Part shown: piece by piece, positions 40,170 through 50,981 of the stretch
Position numbering within the stretch: the first letter of the stretch is position 1
Layout of the letters: every line of letters begins with the position of its first letter
Assembly: GCA_902595115.1 (NCBI GenBank)
Contig: CACJOS010000002.1
Span: 34,378 to 98,377, forward strand
Reading direction: 5' to 3'
Source: an uncultured Pelagibacteraceae bacterium
Lineage (GTDB): Bacteria; Pseudomonadota; Alphaproteobacteria; Pelagibacterales; Pelagibacteraceae
DNA length: 64,000 nt
The notes under the pieces: model-generated
Told to the model about the DNA's origin: nothing
Seen by the model: the letters and a program-made list of their open reading frames with translations, nothing else
The model's database searches: none
Translations under genes and position numbers: made by a program

Positions 40170-41480
40170 CTATCTTAAATGCTTATATATAGGGAAGTTT
40201 GAACAAAGATCTACAACTTCTTTCCTAACCTCAGCTTCTACTTTACTATTATCTTGCGGATTTTCTGACAATCCTTTTATGACTTTTGTGATCAAATTAC
40301 CAACTTTTTCAAATTCCTTTAAACCAAAACCTCTAGTGGTTGCAGCTTGTGATCCTAACCTAATTCCCGATGTAACCATTGGGCTTTCTGTATCAAAAGG
40401 TATTCCATTTTTATTACATGTAATATTTGCTCTTGATAAACTATCTGCAGCTATATTTCCCTTTACTTTAAAAGGTCTTAGATCAACTAACATTAAGTGT
40501 GTGTCTGTACCACCAGAATAAATTTTAAAACCATTATTCTTTAAAGTTTCTGCTAACATTTTTGCATTTGATAAAACTGAACTGATGTATTCTCTAAATT
40601 CTGGTTTTAATGCTTCAAGAAATCCAACAGCTTTGGCAGCAATTATGTGCATTAAAGGTCCACCTTGATATCCAGGAAAAACAGCTGTATTAAATTTTTT
40701 AGCGAGATCCTCGTGATTAGTTAAAATAATTCCTCCTCTTGCGCTTCTAAATACTTTGTGTGTGGTAGATGTAACTACATGTGCATGATCAACGGGATTA
40801 GGATAACCTTTACCAGCTACCAAGCCAGAAAAATGAGCCATGTCAACCATTAGGTATGCTCCAATTTTATCACAAATTTCTCTAAATCTTTTAAAATCAA
40901 TAACTCTTGAATATGCACTTGCTCCAGCAATAATTAATTTAGGTTTATGTTCTAGTGCCATTTTTTCTATTAAATCATAATCAAGTAGTTCAGTTTTTTT
41001 ATCAACATCATAAGAAATAGCGTTAAACCATTTTCCAGACATAGATATTTTTAGACCATGTGTTATATGCCCTCCTGAGTCTAAACTCATACCCATGAAT
41101 GTATCACCAGGTTTTAATAAAGCTAAGAAAACTGCTCCATTTGCTTGTGCACCAGAATGTGGTTGAGAATTTGCAAATTTACAATCAAATAATTTTTTTA
41201 ACCTTTCATTAGCTAATGACTCAGCTACATCAACATGTTCACAACCATTATAGTATCTTTTTCCAGGGTAACCCTCAGCGTATTTGTTTGTTAAAACTGA
41301 ACCCTGTGCTTCAAGAACTGCTTGGGAAACAATATTTTCAGAAGCAATAAGTTCTATATGATTTTGTTGTCTTATAAGTTCATCTGTTACGGCTTTATAA
41401 ACTTCTGGATCTGTTTCAGATAATTTTTTTTCAAAAAAATTTTTATAATCTACATTTAAATATTTACCTTCACTTGACAT
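40170..41480 (-). CDS. glyA: Serine hydroxymethyltransferase
   Basis: [23 protein letters not shown]. Confidence 0.98.
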   Translation of the reverse strand: MSSEGKYLNVDYKNFFEKKLSETDPEVYKAVTDELIRQQNHIELIASENIVSQAVLEAQGSVLTNKYAEGYPGKRYYNGCEHVDVAESLANERLKKLFDCKFANSQPHSGAQANGAVFLALLKPGDTFMGMSLDSGGHITHGLKISMSGKWFNAISYDVDKKTELLDYDLIEKMALEHKPKLIIAGASAYSRVIDFKRFREICDKIGAYLMVDMAHFSGLVAGKGYPNPVDHAHVVTSTTHKVFRSARGGIILTNHEDLAKKFNTAVFPGYQGGPLMHIIAAKAVGFLEALKPEFREYISSVLSNAKMLAETLKNNGFKIYSGGTDTHLMLVDLRPFKVKGNIAADSLSRANITCNKNGIPFDTESPMVTSGIRLGSQAATTRGFGLKEFEKVGNLITKVIKGLSENPQDNSKVEAEVRKEVVDLCSNFPIYKHLR

Positions 41481-41488
41481 ATTTGCTC

Positions 41489-41914
41489 CTATATCTTTTT
41501 AACTCTTCTTAAATGCCTTCCACCCTCAAATTTTGTATTCAAAAAAGCGCTAATAAATTTCATAGCCTCATTTTTTGAAATTAACCTAGAACCTAATGTA
41601 ATAACATTTGCATCATTATGCAATCTAGATAATTTAGTTGATTTGAGGCTAAAGCATTGAGCAGCTCTAATATTTCTGTGTTTATTCGCCGCTATACTCA
41701 TCCCTGTACCTGAACCACAGATTAAAATACCTACATAATTTTTATTTTTTTTGACATTTTCTGCCAATTTATGTGCATAATATGGGTAATCAACGCTTTT
41801 AGTGGAAAATGGACCCAAATCTTTAAAATTAAATTTTTTTTTGACTAAAAAATTTACTATTTTTTTTTTTAATAAATAACCCGCGTGATCTGAAGAAATG
41901 AAAATTTTTCTCAA
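41489..41914 (-). CDS. rpiB: Ribose 5-phosphate isomerase B
   Basis: SDHAG, DYP, CGSGTG, HNDAN, FEGGRH; TTG start. Confidence 0.95.
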   Translation of the reverse strand: MRKIFISSDHAGYLLKKKIVNFLVKKKFNFKDLGPFSTKSVDYPYYAHKLAENVKKNKNYVGILICGSGTGMSIAANKHRNIRAAQCFSLKSTKLSRLHNDANVITLGSRLISKNEAMKFISAFLNTKFEGGRHLRRVKKI

Positions 41915-41933
41915 GCTAATATTATATATAAAT

Positions 41934-42557
41934 CTAATTAAATTTATAGTCTAAAACACAAGCTACAAGATGAACCCTATTTTCCTCACCACCATTGAAA
42001 GCATTGTGATATTTTAGATTATTTGTAACCCATACAGATCCATCAGCAGGCATATGTTCAGCTCTTTTATCTATAACCATAATGGCTCCTGGATTTGTAT
42101 AAATTGGTATATGTAATCTAGGTTCGGGGTCTCTGTGCCAACTAAGTGTTGATCTTGGTTCTTTTAATAACAATCTAACTCTACCAAGTTTATATTTTTT
42201 TGATAATTCGTCATAAACTTCTTTAAAATAAGTGTGCTCAAATTCTTTTACAAATTCAGTATACTTACTTTCATCTATTTTTACATCTCGTGAAACTTCT
42301 ACACCTGTTGCATCAGGTTTTGTCCAATATACACCTCTAACTTTATTTCCTTTAATGGAGTCTGGGTCACCTGGTATTTGATTAAGAGATATACCAGCGA
42401 AGTGTGGTATTCCTAAGCTAGTATCAAAACCTTTAATTTTTAAAACTTCATTACACGCATTTCTTAATTTATCGATATCAAATTTGATATTTTGTTTTTG
42501 AAAATCGCCTACAAGATTGTTAGCAGAATTTTTATTTAAGGGGGTAACGTTGTTCAT
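41934..42557 (-). CDS. Aspartyl/asparaginyl beta-hydroxylase-like 2OG-Fe(II) oxygenase
   Basis: SWHRD (HxD), RLHIPI.TN, HNAFNGG..NRVHLV. Confidence 0.72.
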   Translation of the reverse strand: MNNVTPLNKNSANNLVGDFQKQNIKFDIDKLRNACNEVLKIKGFDTSLGIPHFAGISLNQIPGDPDSIKGNKVRGVYWTKPDATGVEVSRDVKIDESKYTEFVKEFEHTYFKEVYDELSKKYKLGRVRLLLKEPRSTLSWHRDPEPRLHIPIYTNPGAIMVIDKRAEHMPADGSVWVTNNLKYHNAFNGGEENRVHLVACVLDYKFN

Positions 42558-42627
42558 GTAAAAATTAATACTTTATTTCCTCTTATAATACATATAACTA
42601 TTGTCGCATATAAAAAAATTATTGAGA

Positions 42628-43620
42628 ATGATTATCACTGGAAAATACCCACAACTACGATTGAGAAGAAATCGTTATCACCAATGGTCTCGAAAATTGA
42701 TAACTGAGAATAATTTATCTGTAAATGACCTTATTATGCCAATTTTTATTATAGATGGTAAAAAGAAAAAAATACCTGTCAAAACAATGCCTGGTGTTTT
42801 TAGATATTCTCTTGATAAATTAAATTCAGTTGTTCAATCAGCAATACATTTAGGTATACCAATGGTGGCTCTATTTCCCTATACAAAGGGAAGTCTTAAA
42901 AACCCATTAGGAACAGAATCTTTAAATCCAAATAATTTGGTATGTAGAGCATGTAAACAAATTAAAAAAAAATTTAAAAACAAGATAGGTATTATGTGTG
43001 ATGTTGCACTAGATCCTTATACATCACATGGTCATGATGGGGTTTTTTTAAAAGGGGATGTTGATAATGATGAAACTGTAAAAATCTTATCAGAACAAGC
43101 ATTAATTCAGGCTTCAGCAGGATGTGATGTATTAGCACCATCAGATATGATGGATGGAAGAATTGGTGTAATACGTAAAACATTGGATAAGAACGGTTTC
43201 AAGCATGTACAAATTATTTCTTACGCAGTTAAATTTGCCTCGAATTACTACGGCCCTTTCAGAGATGCTGTGGGATCAAAGAATTTACTCAAAGGAGACA
43301 AACAAACATATCAGATGGATTTTAAAAATTCTGACGAAGCTTTAAGAGAAGTTACCCTTGATATAAAAGAAGGTGCAGATATGATTATAGTTAAACCCGG
43401 TTTACCCTACCTAGATATTATACAAAAAATAAAAAACAAATATAAAATTCCTGTCATAGCCTATCAAGTATCGGGTGAATATAGTATGATATGTAACTCA
43501 ATTGAAAAAAAAATACTTAACCAAGAGGCAATTATAGAGACCCTTATAAGCTTTAAAAGAGCTGGGGCAAATGCAATAATTACTTATTTCGCTGATAAAA
43601 TAGCTAAAAATTTAAAGTGA
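42628..43620 (+). CDS. hemB: Porphobilinogen synthase
   Basis: DVALDPYTSHGHDG, SDMMDGR, YGPFRDA, VKPG, YQVSGEY. Confidence 0.96.
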   Translation: MIITGKYPQLRLRRNRYHQWSRKLITENNLSVNDLIMPIFIIDGKKKKIPVKTMPGVFRYSLDKLNSVVQSAIHLGIPMVALFPYTKGSLKNPLGTESLNPNNLVCRACKQIKKKFKNKIGIMCDVALDPYTSHGHDGVFLKGDVDNDETVKILSEQALIQASAGCDVLAPSDMMDGRIGVIRKTLDKNGFKHVQIISYAVKFASNYYGPFRDAVGSKNLLKGDKQTYQMDFKNSDEALREVTLDIKEGADMIIVKPGLPYLDIIQKIKNKYKIPVIAYQVSGEYSMICNSIEKKILNQEAIIETLISFKRAGANAIITYFADKIAKNLK

Positions 43621-44301
43621 ATTATTTACCAGATTAAGAAAGTCTATTCTTGAATTCGGGATCTTAATATTATTTGGAGATAAAATTTTTTTTTCAAGAT
43701 AGTTACCTAACAATAAAAAACCTTTCAAAAGATCTTTTTTATCTACGTTTTCAATTTTAGTATCAACTAAAAATGTAGGAACTTCTTTTTTTTGTGACGA
43801 TGATTGAACAAAATATGTAGTTTTATTATCTGTAGTTTCCTTTTTTACAATATTTTTAAGATCAAGATCATAGCCAATTTCTTTAAGTAAATTTAATTCC
43901 CAGATAATATAATTTTTAATCCAATTATCTTTTTTTAAAAATGTAAAAAAATCATTTATTAAATAAAAGATTTTCTTATTTGTTTGGTTTTCAACAGTTA
44001 AAAATTTAATCATACTCATCGCAGATGAAATACAATAAAGTTTTTTCTGATTTTCAAAGAAAGTAGGTGTTACAGCATTTATAATTTCAACTTTTAAGGT
44101 TGGGATTCTTACATCGTTTTTAATATTACAATTTAAGTGGAATACATTTCCTATTTGCAGATAGCCTTTAATTTTTTTTGATGTTGCGCCATAAATAATA
44201 CCAGAGAATTTACCATGATCTGAAGTGAAAAAGTTAGCTATTATTGAATTTTCACTATATTTAAGCTTACTTAGCAAATATCCTTTATCCTCCCAATACA
44301 T
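43612..44301 (-). CDS. recO: DNA repair protein RecO
   Basis: WEDKGYLL...YSENS, WELNLL..GY; follows rnc. Confidence 0.88.
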   Translation of the reverse strand: MYWEDKGYLLSKLKYSENSIIANFFTSDHGKFSGIIYGATSKKIKGYLQIGNVFHLNCNIKNDVRIPTLKVEIINAVTPTFFENQKKLYCISSAMSMIKFLTVENQTNKKIFYLINDFFTFLKKDNWIKNYIIWELNLLKEIGYDLDLKNIVKKETTDNKTTYFVQSSSQKKEVPTFLVDTKIENVDKKDLLKGFLLLGNYLEKKILSPNNIKIPNSRIDFLNLVNNSL

Positions 44302-44963
44302 TATAATCCAATTTTATCCAATAATTTACTTGCTGCATTTTGTTCAGCTTCTTTTTTTGATAAGCCGCTTCCTTCAACATATTTATTATTTTTAATTTTA
44401 ACACTTACATTAAATAATGGTTTATGCTTTGGACCCCTTGTGCTTAAAATTTTGTAAATAGGTAAAATTTTAAATTTTTTTAATGAGTACTCCTGCAATT
44501 TAGTTTTTGCGTCAACCTGAGTTTCAACTGAGTTTGATATATTATTAGACCATAAATCTAATATAAATTTCTCAACAATTTTAATGCCTTGATCATAAAA
44601 TATTGCTCCAATTAAAGCCTCACATGCATCAGAAACGATCTTATCCTCAATAATATATGATTTTGTCTGTTTATTACCTGTCATTATAAATTTATTTAAA
44701 TTAAATTTCTTACTAATTTCTAAACATTTATTTTTATTCACTAAGGATGCTAATTTTTTATCTAATATACCTTCTGAGTCAGATGGAAATATTTCTAAAA
44801 GTTTTTTTGCAATTACAAAGCCCAAAATTCTATCACCTATAAATTCTAGCTTTTCATTATTAACATTTTTGTCATAACTTTTATGAGTGATAGCTTGTTT
44901 TAAGAGCGTTTTATTTTTAAAATTAATATTAATTTTTTTTTCAAGCTGATGAAGATTATTCAT
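44301..44963 (-). CDS. rnc: Ribonuclease III
   Basis: NEKLEFIGD, DACEALIGA, dsRBD KTKLQE...AEQNAA. Confidence 0.96.
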   Translation of the reverse strand: MNNLHQLEKKININFKNKTLLKQAITHKSYDKNVNNEKLEFIGDRILGFVIAKKLLEIFPSDSEGILDKKLASLVNKNKCLEISKKFNLNKFIMTGNKQTKSYIIEDKIVSDACEALIGAIFYDQGIKIVEKFILDLWSNNISNSVETQVDAKTKLQEYSLKKFKILPIYKILSTRGPKHKPLFNVSVKIKNNKYVEGSGLSKKEAEQNAASKLLDKIGL

Positions 44964-45685
44964 TTAATTTTTTTAAAAAACCTATCAATTCTAATTAATT
45001 CATGCCATCTCCAGATTTCAAATATACTTCCTTTTCTTGTATCAGATGAGAAAAATATAAATTGCGCTTTTCCAACTAAATTATTTTCATGTACATAACC
45101 GACACTACTTAAAAATCTACTATCTTTAGAACAATCTCTATTATCACCTAAAAAGAAATAATGTTTGTCAGGAACAATAAATTTTTGTGAGTTCTGAAAA
45201 GTATAATATTTACCATATACAGTTTTAAATGTTTTATCAGATAATTTTTCTTCAAAAGTGTTTACATCAATGGTTTTATCACCACAAAAAATTATATCTT
45301 TATCTGATTTTATATCTTTAAAAATCTCTAAATCATTAATATATAGTAAACCATCAATAAATTGTATTGTGTCACCAGGCATACCAATAAGTCTTTTTAT
45401 ATAGTCAGTTCTGTTGTCAGCTGGTGTCTTAAAAACAACAACATCACCGATTTCAGGTCTTTTACTTAAAATTCTGTCTTTGAATATAGGTGGGCTGAAT
45501 GGGAATGAGTGTTTGCTATAACCGTAACTATATTTTGTAACAAAAAGTCTATCTCCAACTAATAAGTTTGGTTCCATTGAAGATGAAGGAATATAAAAAG
45601 GTTGTATAAATATTGACCGTATAAATACAGCAATCACTAATGCATAAGCTAAAGTCTTTAAATTTTCAGAAATAACTTTTTTCAT
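44960..45685 (-). CDS. lepB: Signal peptidase I
   Basis: IPSSSMEP, YIKRLIG, GDNRDCSKDSR; ATG at 45685. Confidence 0.96.
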   Translation of the reverse strand: MKKVISENLKTLAYALVIAVFIRSIFIQPFYIPSSSMEPNLLVGDRLFVTKYSYGYSKHSFPFSPPIFKDRILSKRPEIGDVVVFKTPADNRTDYIKRLIGMPGDTIQFIDGLLYINDLEIFKDIKSDKDIIFCGDKTIDVNTFEEKLSDKTFKTVYGKYYTFQNSQKFIVPDKHYFFLGDNRDCSKDSRFLSSVGYVHENNLVGKAQFIFFSSDTRKGSIFEIWRWHELIRIDRFFKKIK

Positions 45686-46068
45686 AATTTGTTTATTATA
45701 ACATAAGCAATAGAATAACATTTTTCATCAGATAAAGATAAAAAGACATTAAATTTTTTCGACTTAAATTTTTTTACCATTATATTCTTAACTTTATTAT
45801 TAAATAATAATTTTGGTTTTCCTAATCTATTATTTTTGACATAAATATCATTAAAGTTAATATTTTTTCTAAAACCTGTTCCTATAGATTTTACAAATGC
45901 CTCCTTTGCAGCAAATCTTTTAGCAAAAAAGTTAGTTTTATTTTTTATTTTTTTAGAAGCTTTTATTTCGTTCTTTGAAAAAACTCTCAATAAAAACTTA
46001 GGATTTTTTAATAATTTTTTAATTCTTGAATTTTGTATTATATCAACACCGTTTCCAATTATTTCCAT
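45682..46068 (-). CDS. acpS: Holo-ACP synthase
   Basis: GNGVDI, FAKRFAAKEAFVK, GKP. Confidence 0.95.
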   Translation of the reverse strand: MEIIGNGVDIIQNSRIKKLLKNPKFLLRVFSKNEIKASKKIKNKTNFFAKRFAAKEAFVKSIGTGFRKNINFNDIYVKNNRLGKPKLLFNNKVKNIMVKKFKSKKFNVFLSLSDEKCYSIAYVIINKL

Positions 46069-46785
46069 TTATTTGCAAATTTTTTTAAATTTTTTAATTA
46101 CATTTTTTAATCCAAAAAAAATTGACTCTCCAATTATAAAATGGCCTATATTAAATTCAGATATTTCATAAATTTTGGATAATATATTCGTACTTTTGTA
46201 ATCAAGTCCGTGACCAGCATGAACCTCTATGCCTAATGTTTTTGCATATGAAGCACATTTCTTTATTTTCTTTAATTCATTATTAAAATTTTTGTTAGAT
46301 CTAACTAATCTTGATAATTTTCCTGTATGAATTTCTACACATTTTGTATTTATTTTTTTAGAAAGTTTTATATCTTCAATGCTAGGGTTTATAAATAAGC
46401 TAGTTCTAATTTTATTTTTATTAAATAATTGTATTATTTTAGAAATTTTTTTATAGTTTTTTTTTAAGTTAAGTCCACCTTCGGTAGTAACTTCATTTCT
46501 TTTTTCAGGTACCAAACAAATAAACTTTGGTTTACATTTTATGGCTAATCTAATAATTTTTTTATTAGTAGATAGTTCAAGATTTATTGGAATTGTTTTA
46601 AACTTCGATAACGTAATTAGATCTTTGTCATTGATATGTCTTCTATCTTCTCTTAAATGGATAGTAATTGAATCTGCACCAAGTTTCATTACATATCTAG
46701 CTGCATTTAATATACTGGGATGACCCTCACCTCTTGCATTACGTATAGTAGCTACATGATCAATATTTATACCTAGTCTTTTCAT
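46069..46785 (-). CDS. pdxJ: Pyridoxine 5'-phosphate synthase
   Basis: LGINIDHVATIR, HLREDRRHI, TTEGG, HAGHGL, NIGH. Confidence 0.97.
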   Translation of the reverse strand: MKRLGINIDHVATIRNARGEGHPSILNAARYVMKLGADSITIHLREDRRHINDKDLITLSKFKTIPINLELSTNKKIIRLAIKCKPKFICLVPEKRNEVTTEGGLNLKKNYKKISKIIQLFNKNKIRTSLFINPSIEDIKLSKKINTKCVEIHTGKLSRLVRSNKNFNNELKKIKKCASYAKTLGIEVHAGHGLDYKSTNILSKIYEISEFNIGHFIIGESIFFGLKNVIKKFKKICK

Positions 46786-47372
46786 TAAATTCTTCTACTA
46801 CCTGGGCTGCTTATTGGAATTTCTTTTAAATACTTAGGAAGTTTATTTTTTTTGAAAGTCTTAGCATCTATTTTTAATTGGGAAATTAATGGTTTATTTT
46901 TAATTTTTAATTTTGTTTTGTTAGAACGATCAATAATACAGGCAAAACCAACTAATTTAGCTTTAGCTTTTTTTATTAGATTTACACATTCTAAACTAGA
47001 CTTGCCTGTTGTAATTACATCTTCAACAATTAAAACATTAGTATTTTTTTTTATTTTAAATCCCCTTCTTAAAGTAAATTTTTTTTTAACTCTTTCACAA
47101 AAAATAGTTTCCTTTTTTAAAATTTTTCCTATCTCGTAACCAATAACTATTCCTCCGATCGCTGGAGAAAGAATTAAATCAATTTTTTTGAATTTTCTTT
47201 TTATTTTTAGACTTAAAGAATAACAGATTTTTTGAGACAAGTATGGAAAGCTCAATAGTTTTGCACATTGTATATATCTGTCAGAATGTAAACCAGATGA
47301 TAAAACAAAATGTCCTTCTAGAAGTGCGTTAGTTTTTCTTAAAACCTTTAAAGATTCTTTGGAAGAAAGCAT
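46785..47372 (-). CDS. pyrE: Orotate phosphoribosyltransferase
   Basis: EGHFVLSSGLHS, VEDVITTG, PGSR. Confidence 0.95.
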   Translation of the reverse strand: MLSSKESLKVLRKTNALLEGHFVLSSGLHSDRYIQCAKLLSFPYLSQKICYSLSLKIKRKFKKIDLILSPAIGGIVIGYEIGKILKKETIFCERVKKKFTLRRGFKIKKNTNVLIVEDVITTGKSSLECVNLIKKAKAKLVGFACIIDRSNKTKLKIKNKPLISQLKIDAKTFKKNKLPKYLKEIPISSPGSRRI

Positions 47373-49074
47373 ATTTTTTATCTTTTTGTCTAATAATTTT
47401 AAAATTATATTCTTTTTGTTTTAACTCACTTATTAGTTTTGTAAAGTTTTTGAGATCTCCAATGATAAGATTAAATTGAAAATTTATGCTTTCTTTAGTT
47501 TTTTCTACCATTTCGACACTTGATATATTTAAATTATTTTCTCCAATAAGAGACGTTACTTCACCTAATCTTCCTGGTTGATCAGGCAGAGATATCCAAA
47601 GTTTAGTATTGTATATTTTCTTTTTTGTTAAATTTTCAGCATCACGGTATTGCCAGTATCTTCTTATAGCTGCTCTAGCTTTTCCTGTTTTAGTAGAAGT
47701 CAACCAATGAAGTGATGGAGAAACTTTTTTAGAAGTAATAATCTTTATTACATCACCATTTGTTAATATGGATTGCAAAGGACTTTCTTTACCATTTATT
47801 TCACAACCAATTGCAGTATCTCCAACTTGGGTATGGACAGCATAAGCAAAATCAATCGGTGTTGCATTTTTTGGTAATTTTATAACTGATCCTTTGGGGG
47901 TAAAACAAAAAACATTTTCTTGAAACATTTGTAATTTTGTGAACTCATAAAAATCTTCTGGATTTTCATTTCTATCTATTATTTCAACTAGGTCTGCTAA
48001 CCAATCATACTCTTTCCAAGTTAGTGAGTTAAATTTTTCTGAAGATTTATATTTCCAGTGTGAAGCTATTCCTCTTTGTGCAAATTCATGCATTTGCATT
48101 GTACGTAGTTGTATTTCAATTGGTCTTTTATTTGGTCCTATTATTGCAGTATGTAAAGACTCATATTTGTTTATTTTTGGAGAAGATATATAATCTTTAA
48201 ATCGACCTGGTATGCAATTCCATTTACTGTGAAAAATACCTAGTGCTTTATAGCAAGATGAAACATCATCTAAAATTATTCTAAAACCAATAATATCTGT
48301 TATTTGCTCAAGAGAAATTCTTTTTTGTTGTATCTTTCGCCAAATAGAAAAAGGTGTTTTTTCTCGTCCATATATTTTAGCAGTTAACTCATTTTCTTTT
48401 AACAGATTTGAAAAATCCTCTGATATTGTATTAAAATTATTTAAATTATTCTCTTTTATCTGATCTAGTCTATCTTTAATTAACTTTCTTGCATTGGGAT
48501 TCAAAACTTGAAAAGATAGATCTTCTAATTCATCTCTTATTCTATTCATTCCCATTCTATCAGCTAACGGCGCATATATTTCCATTGTTTCTTTAGCTTT
48601 TCTTATCTGTTTTTCTTTTTTTGTTACGAACTGTATAGTTCTCATGTTATGCAGTCTGTCAGCTAATTTTACTAAAAGGACTCTAATATCTTTTGATGTA
48701 GCTAATATTAATTTTCTAAAATTTTCCGCTTTTGAATCACTTGCAGCTTGATTCTCATAAGCTGATATTTTTGTAACTCCATCAACTAGATCAGCAACTT
48801 CTCTACCAAATTCTTTCTCTATGGTTTTATAAGTTGCTTGGGTATCTTCAATGGTATCATGCAACAATCCAGTTGCTATAGTAGCACTATCAAGTTTTAA
48901 GTCAGTTAATATATTGGCTACAGCAACAGGATGAATTATATAAGGTGAGCCTTCATCTCTTTTTTGTTTTTCATGAGCTTTTAATGCAAAATCATAGGCT
49001 TTACTTAAAGTTTCAGGATTAAGAAATTTATTATAAGATTTTACTTTGTTTATTAAGTCATCAGATTTAAGCAT
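47329..49074 (-). CDS. spoT: RelA/SpoT (p)ppGpp synthetase/hydrolase, compact form
   Basis: PYIIHP, LHDTIED, KLADRLHN, YESLHT, EIQLRT, TGS (DFAYAVHT), ACT. Confidence 0.95.
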   Translation of the reverse strand: MLKSDDLINKVKSYNKFLNPETLSKAYDFALKAHEKQKRDEGSPYIIHPVAVANILTDLKLDSATIATGLLHDTIEDTQATYKTIEKEFGREVADLVDGVTKISAYENQAASDSKAENFRKLILATSKDIRVLLVKLADRLHNMRTIQFVTKKEKQIRKAKETMEIYAPLADRMGMNRIRDELEDLSFQVLNPNARKLIKDRLDQIKENNLNNFNTISEDFSNLLKENELTAKIYGREKTPFSIWRKIQQKRISLEQITDIIGFRIILDDVSSCYKALGIFHSKWNCIPGRFKDYISSPKINKYESLHTAIIGPNKRPIEIQLRTMQMHEFAQRGIASHWKYKSSEKFNSLTWKEYDWLADLVEIIDRNENPEDFYEFTKLQMFQENVFCFTPKGSVIKLPKNATPIDFAYAVHTQVGDTAIGCEINGKESPLQSILTNGDVIKIITSKKVSPSLHWLTSTKTGKARAAIRRYWQYRDAENLTKKKIYNTKLWISLPDQPGRLGEVTSLIGENNLNISSVEMVEKTKESINFQFNLIIGDLKNFTKLISELKQKEYNFKIIRQKDKKYAFFQRIFKGFKKN

Positions 49075-49094
49075 TATTCTTTTATATCATGAAA

Positions 49095-49604
49095 TTATAA
49101 AATATTAATACTTCTTAAACTTGTAGAAGGTAAATTATTTAATAATTGGGTAATTTTCTTATTATTTTTTGGATGTTTCCAGTTTTTATCAATTTCAAAC
49201 AATGGAAATAAAACAAAACTCCTATTATGCATCCTGGGGTGAGGTATTTTTAAATCAATATTAGTAAATAACATATTTTTTTGTGAATAATCTATTATAT
49301 CTATATCGCAAGTTCTTGGAGCATTTTTATAAGATTTTGACCTACCTAGAGATTTTTCAATTTTTTTTATAAATACAAATAGTTCTTCTGGATTTAAGAT
49401 TGTGGTGCATTTTAAAACGATATTTAAAAAATATGGATCATTTTTATTTGGCCATGACTCGGTTTTATAAAAGCTGGATGATGATATAATTTTAATTTTT
49501 TTATCAGTGTTTATTAAATACTTAGCTTTTAATATATTATGTTGTTTGTTACCGAGGTTCGATCCTATAGCTAATATTATATTTTTAGCTTGTTTTTCTA
49601 ACAT
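49095..49604 (-). CDS. folK: 2-amino-4-hydroxy-6-hydroxymethyldihydropteridine pyrophosphokinase
   Basis: [25 protein letters not shown]; ATG at 49604. Confidence 0.95.
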   Translation of the reverse strand: MLEKQAKNIILAIGSNLGNKQHNILKAKYLINTDKKIKIISSSSFYKTESWPNKNDPYFLNIVLKCTTILNPEELFVFIKKIEKSLGRSKSYKNAPRTCDIDIIDYSQKNMLFTNIDLKIPHPRMHNRSFVLFPLFEIDKNWKHPKNNKKITQLLNNLPSTSLRSINIL

Positions 49605-50055
49605 ATCTAGCCTTAGTTCTATTCCAGTCTCTAGTTTTTTTAGATTGTCTTTTGTCGTATTGTTTTTTACCTTTAGCAACTGCAATTTCGATTTTTGCTT
49701 TACCTTTTTTAAGATATAGTTTTGTTGGAATTAAAGTAAAACCTTCTCTGTTAACTTTCCCTATAAGCCTATTTATCTCACGTCTATTCAATAGGAGCTT
49801 TCTATCTTGAGTTGGATTATGGTCTGAATAACTTGCCTGCTTATATGATGAAATATGTGAGTTAATTAAAATTATTTCTCCATCTCTTTCAATTGCGTAT
49901 GCATCAGAAATATTAACCTTTCCAGATCTAATAGATTTAATTTCGGATCCCTTTAATACTAATCCTGCTTCATAAATATTTTCAAAGAAAAAATTAAAAC
50001 TGGCTTTACGATTTAATGAAATTATTTTTAAACCAGGACTGGTTTTCTGTGTCAT
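49585..50055 (-). CDS. smpB: SsrA-binding protein
   Basis: [30 protein letters not shown]. Confidence 0.97.
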   Translation of the reverse strand: MTQKTSPGLKIISLNRKASFNFFFENIYEAGLVLKGSEIKSIRSGKVNISDAYAIERDGEIILINSHISSYKQASYSDHNPTQDRKLLLNRREINRLIGKVNREGFTLIPTKLYLKKGKAKIEIAVAKGKKQYDKRQSKKTRDWNRTKARYVRKTS

Positions 50056-50939
50056 TAGGATAATAATTTAGCTGCTAAAAGTGCTTTTTTGACATGATTC
50101 TCAGTTTCCTTTTTAATTTTGACTAAAGGAAGTCTTATTTCATCACCACATAATCCTAAAAGTTTTGCAGCATATTTTACCGGTGCTGGATTACTTTCTA
50201 TGAATAAAGATTTATGAATTGGTTGTAATATTTGATCAATTCTTTCTGCCTCCTTTATTTCGTTATCAGTTTCTGACTTAGAATAATTTTGAAAATCAGA
50301 ACATAATTTTGGGGCAATATTTGCTGTGACAGAAATAATACCAACCCCTCCTCTTTTATTAAACTCTAATGCAAATCCATCTTCTCCAGTTAATTGAATA
50401 AAATCTGGTCCTAGTTTTTTAAGTGTCTCATCAATTCTATTTGGATCACCAGTTGCATCCTTCACACCAGCGATGTTTTTTAACTCAAATAATCTTGCCA
50501 TTGTATCAACTGACATATCAATGACACATCTACTTGGAATATTGTAAATTATAATTGGTAAACTAGTATTATCATTAATGGCTTTATAATGTTGATACAA
50601 ACCCTCTTGAGTAGGTTTGTTATAATATGGTGTTACAATTAATGCACCATTCGCTCCAACTTTTTCCGCATGCTTCGTTAAAGAAATCGCTTCTTCTGTA
50701 GAATTAGATCCTGTGCCTGCAATAACAGGGATCTTTCCATTGCTTTCTTTTATGCAAAGCTCTATGACTTGTTCGTGTTCATCATGATTTAGTGTCGGAG
50801 ATTCTCCTGTGGTACCAGCCGGAACAAGTCCATGAGTTCCATTTTCCAGATGAAAATGAATAAGTTTTACATAAGCCTCTTTATCCAGCTTATTATCCTT
50901 AAATGGAGTGATTAATGCAACATTTGAACCTTTGAACAT
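50055..50939 (-). CDS. dapA: 4-hydroxy-tetrahydrodipicolinate synthase
   Basis: GTTGES, PYYNKP, YNIP, KDATG, ESNPAP. Confidence 0.97.
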   Translation of the reverse strand: MFKGSNVALITPFKDNKLDKEAYVKLIHFHLENGTHGLVPAGTTGESPTLNHDEHEQVIELCIKESNGKIPVIAGTGSNSTEEAISLTKHAEKVGANGALIVTPYYNKPTQEGLYQHYKAINDNTSLPIIIYNIPSRCVIDMSVDTMARLFELKNIAGVKDATGDPNRIDETLKKLGPDFIQLTGEDGFALEFNKRGGVGIISVTANIAPKLCSDFQNYSKSETDNEIKEAERIDQILQPIHKSLFIESNPAPVKYAAKLLGLCGDEIRLPLVKIKKETENHVKKALLAAKLLS

Positions 50940-50981
50940 AAATACTTATAGCATATATATCGTATAAATAGATACGAAATT

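Noticed and set aside
43612-44963. era missing between rnc and recO
   Set aside because: Most likely relocated; cannot be judged from this window.
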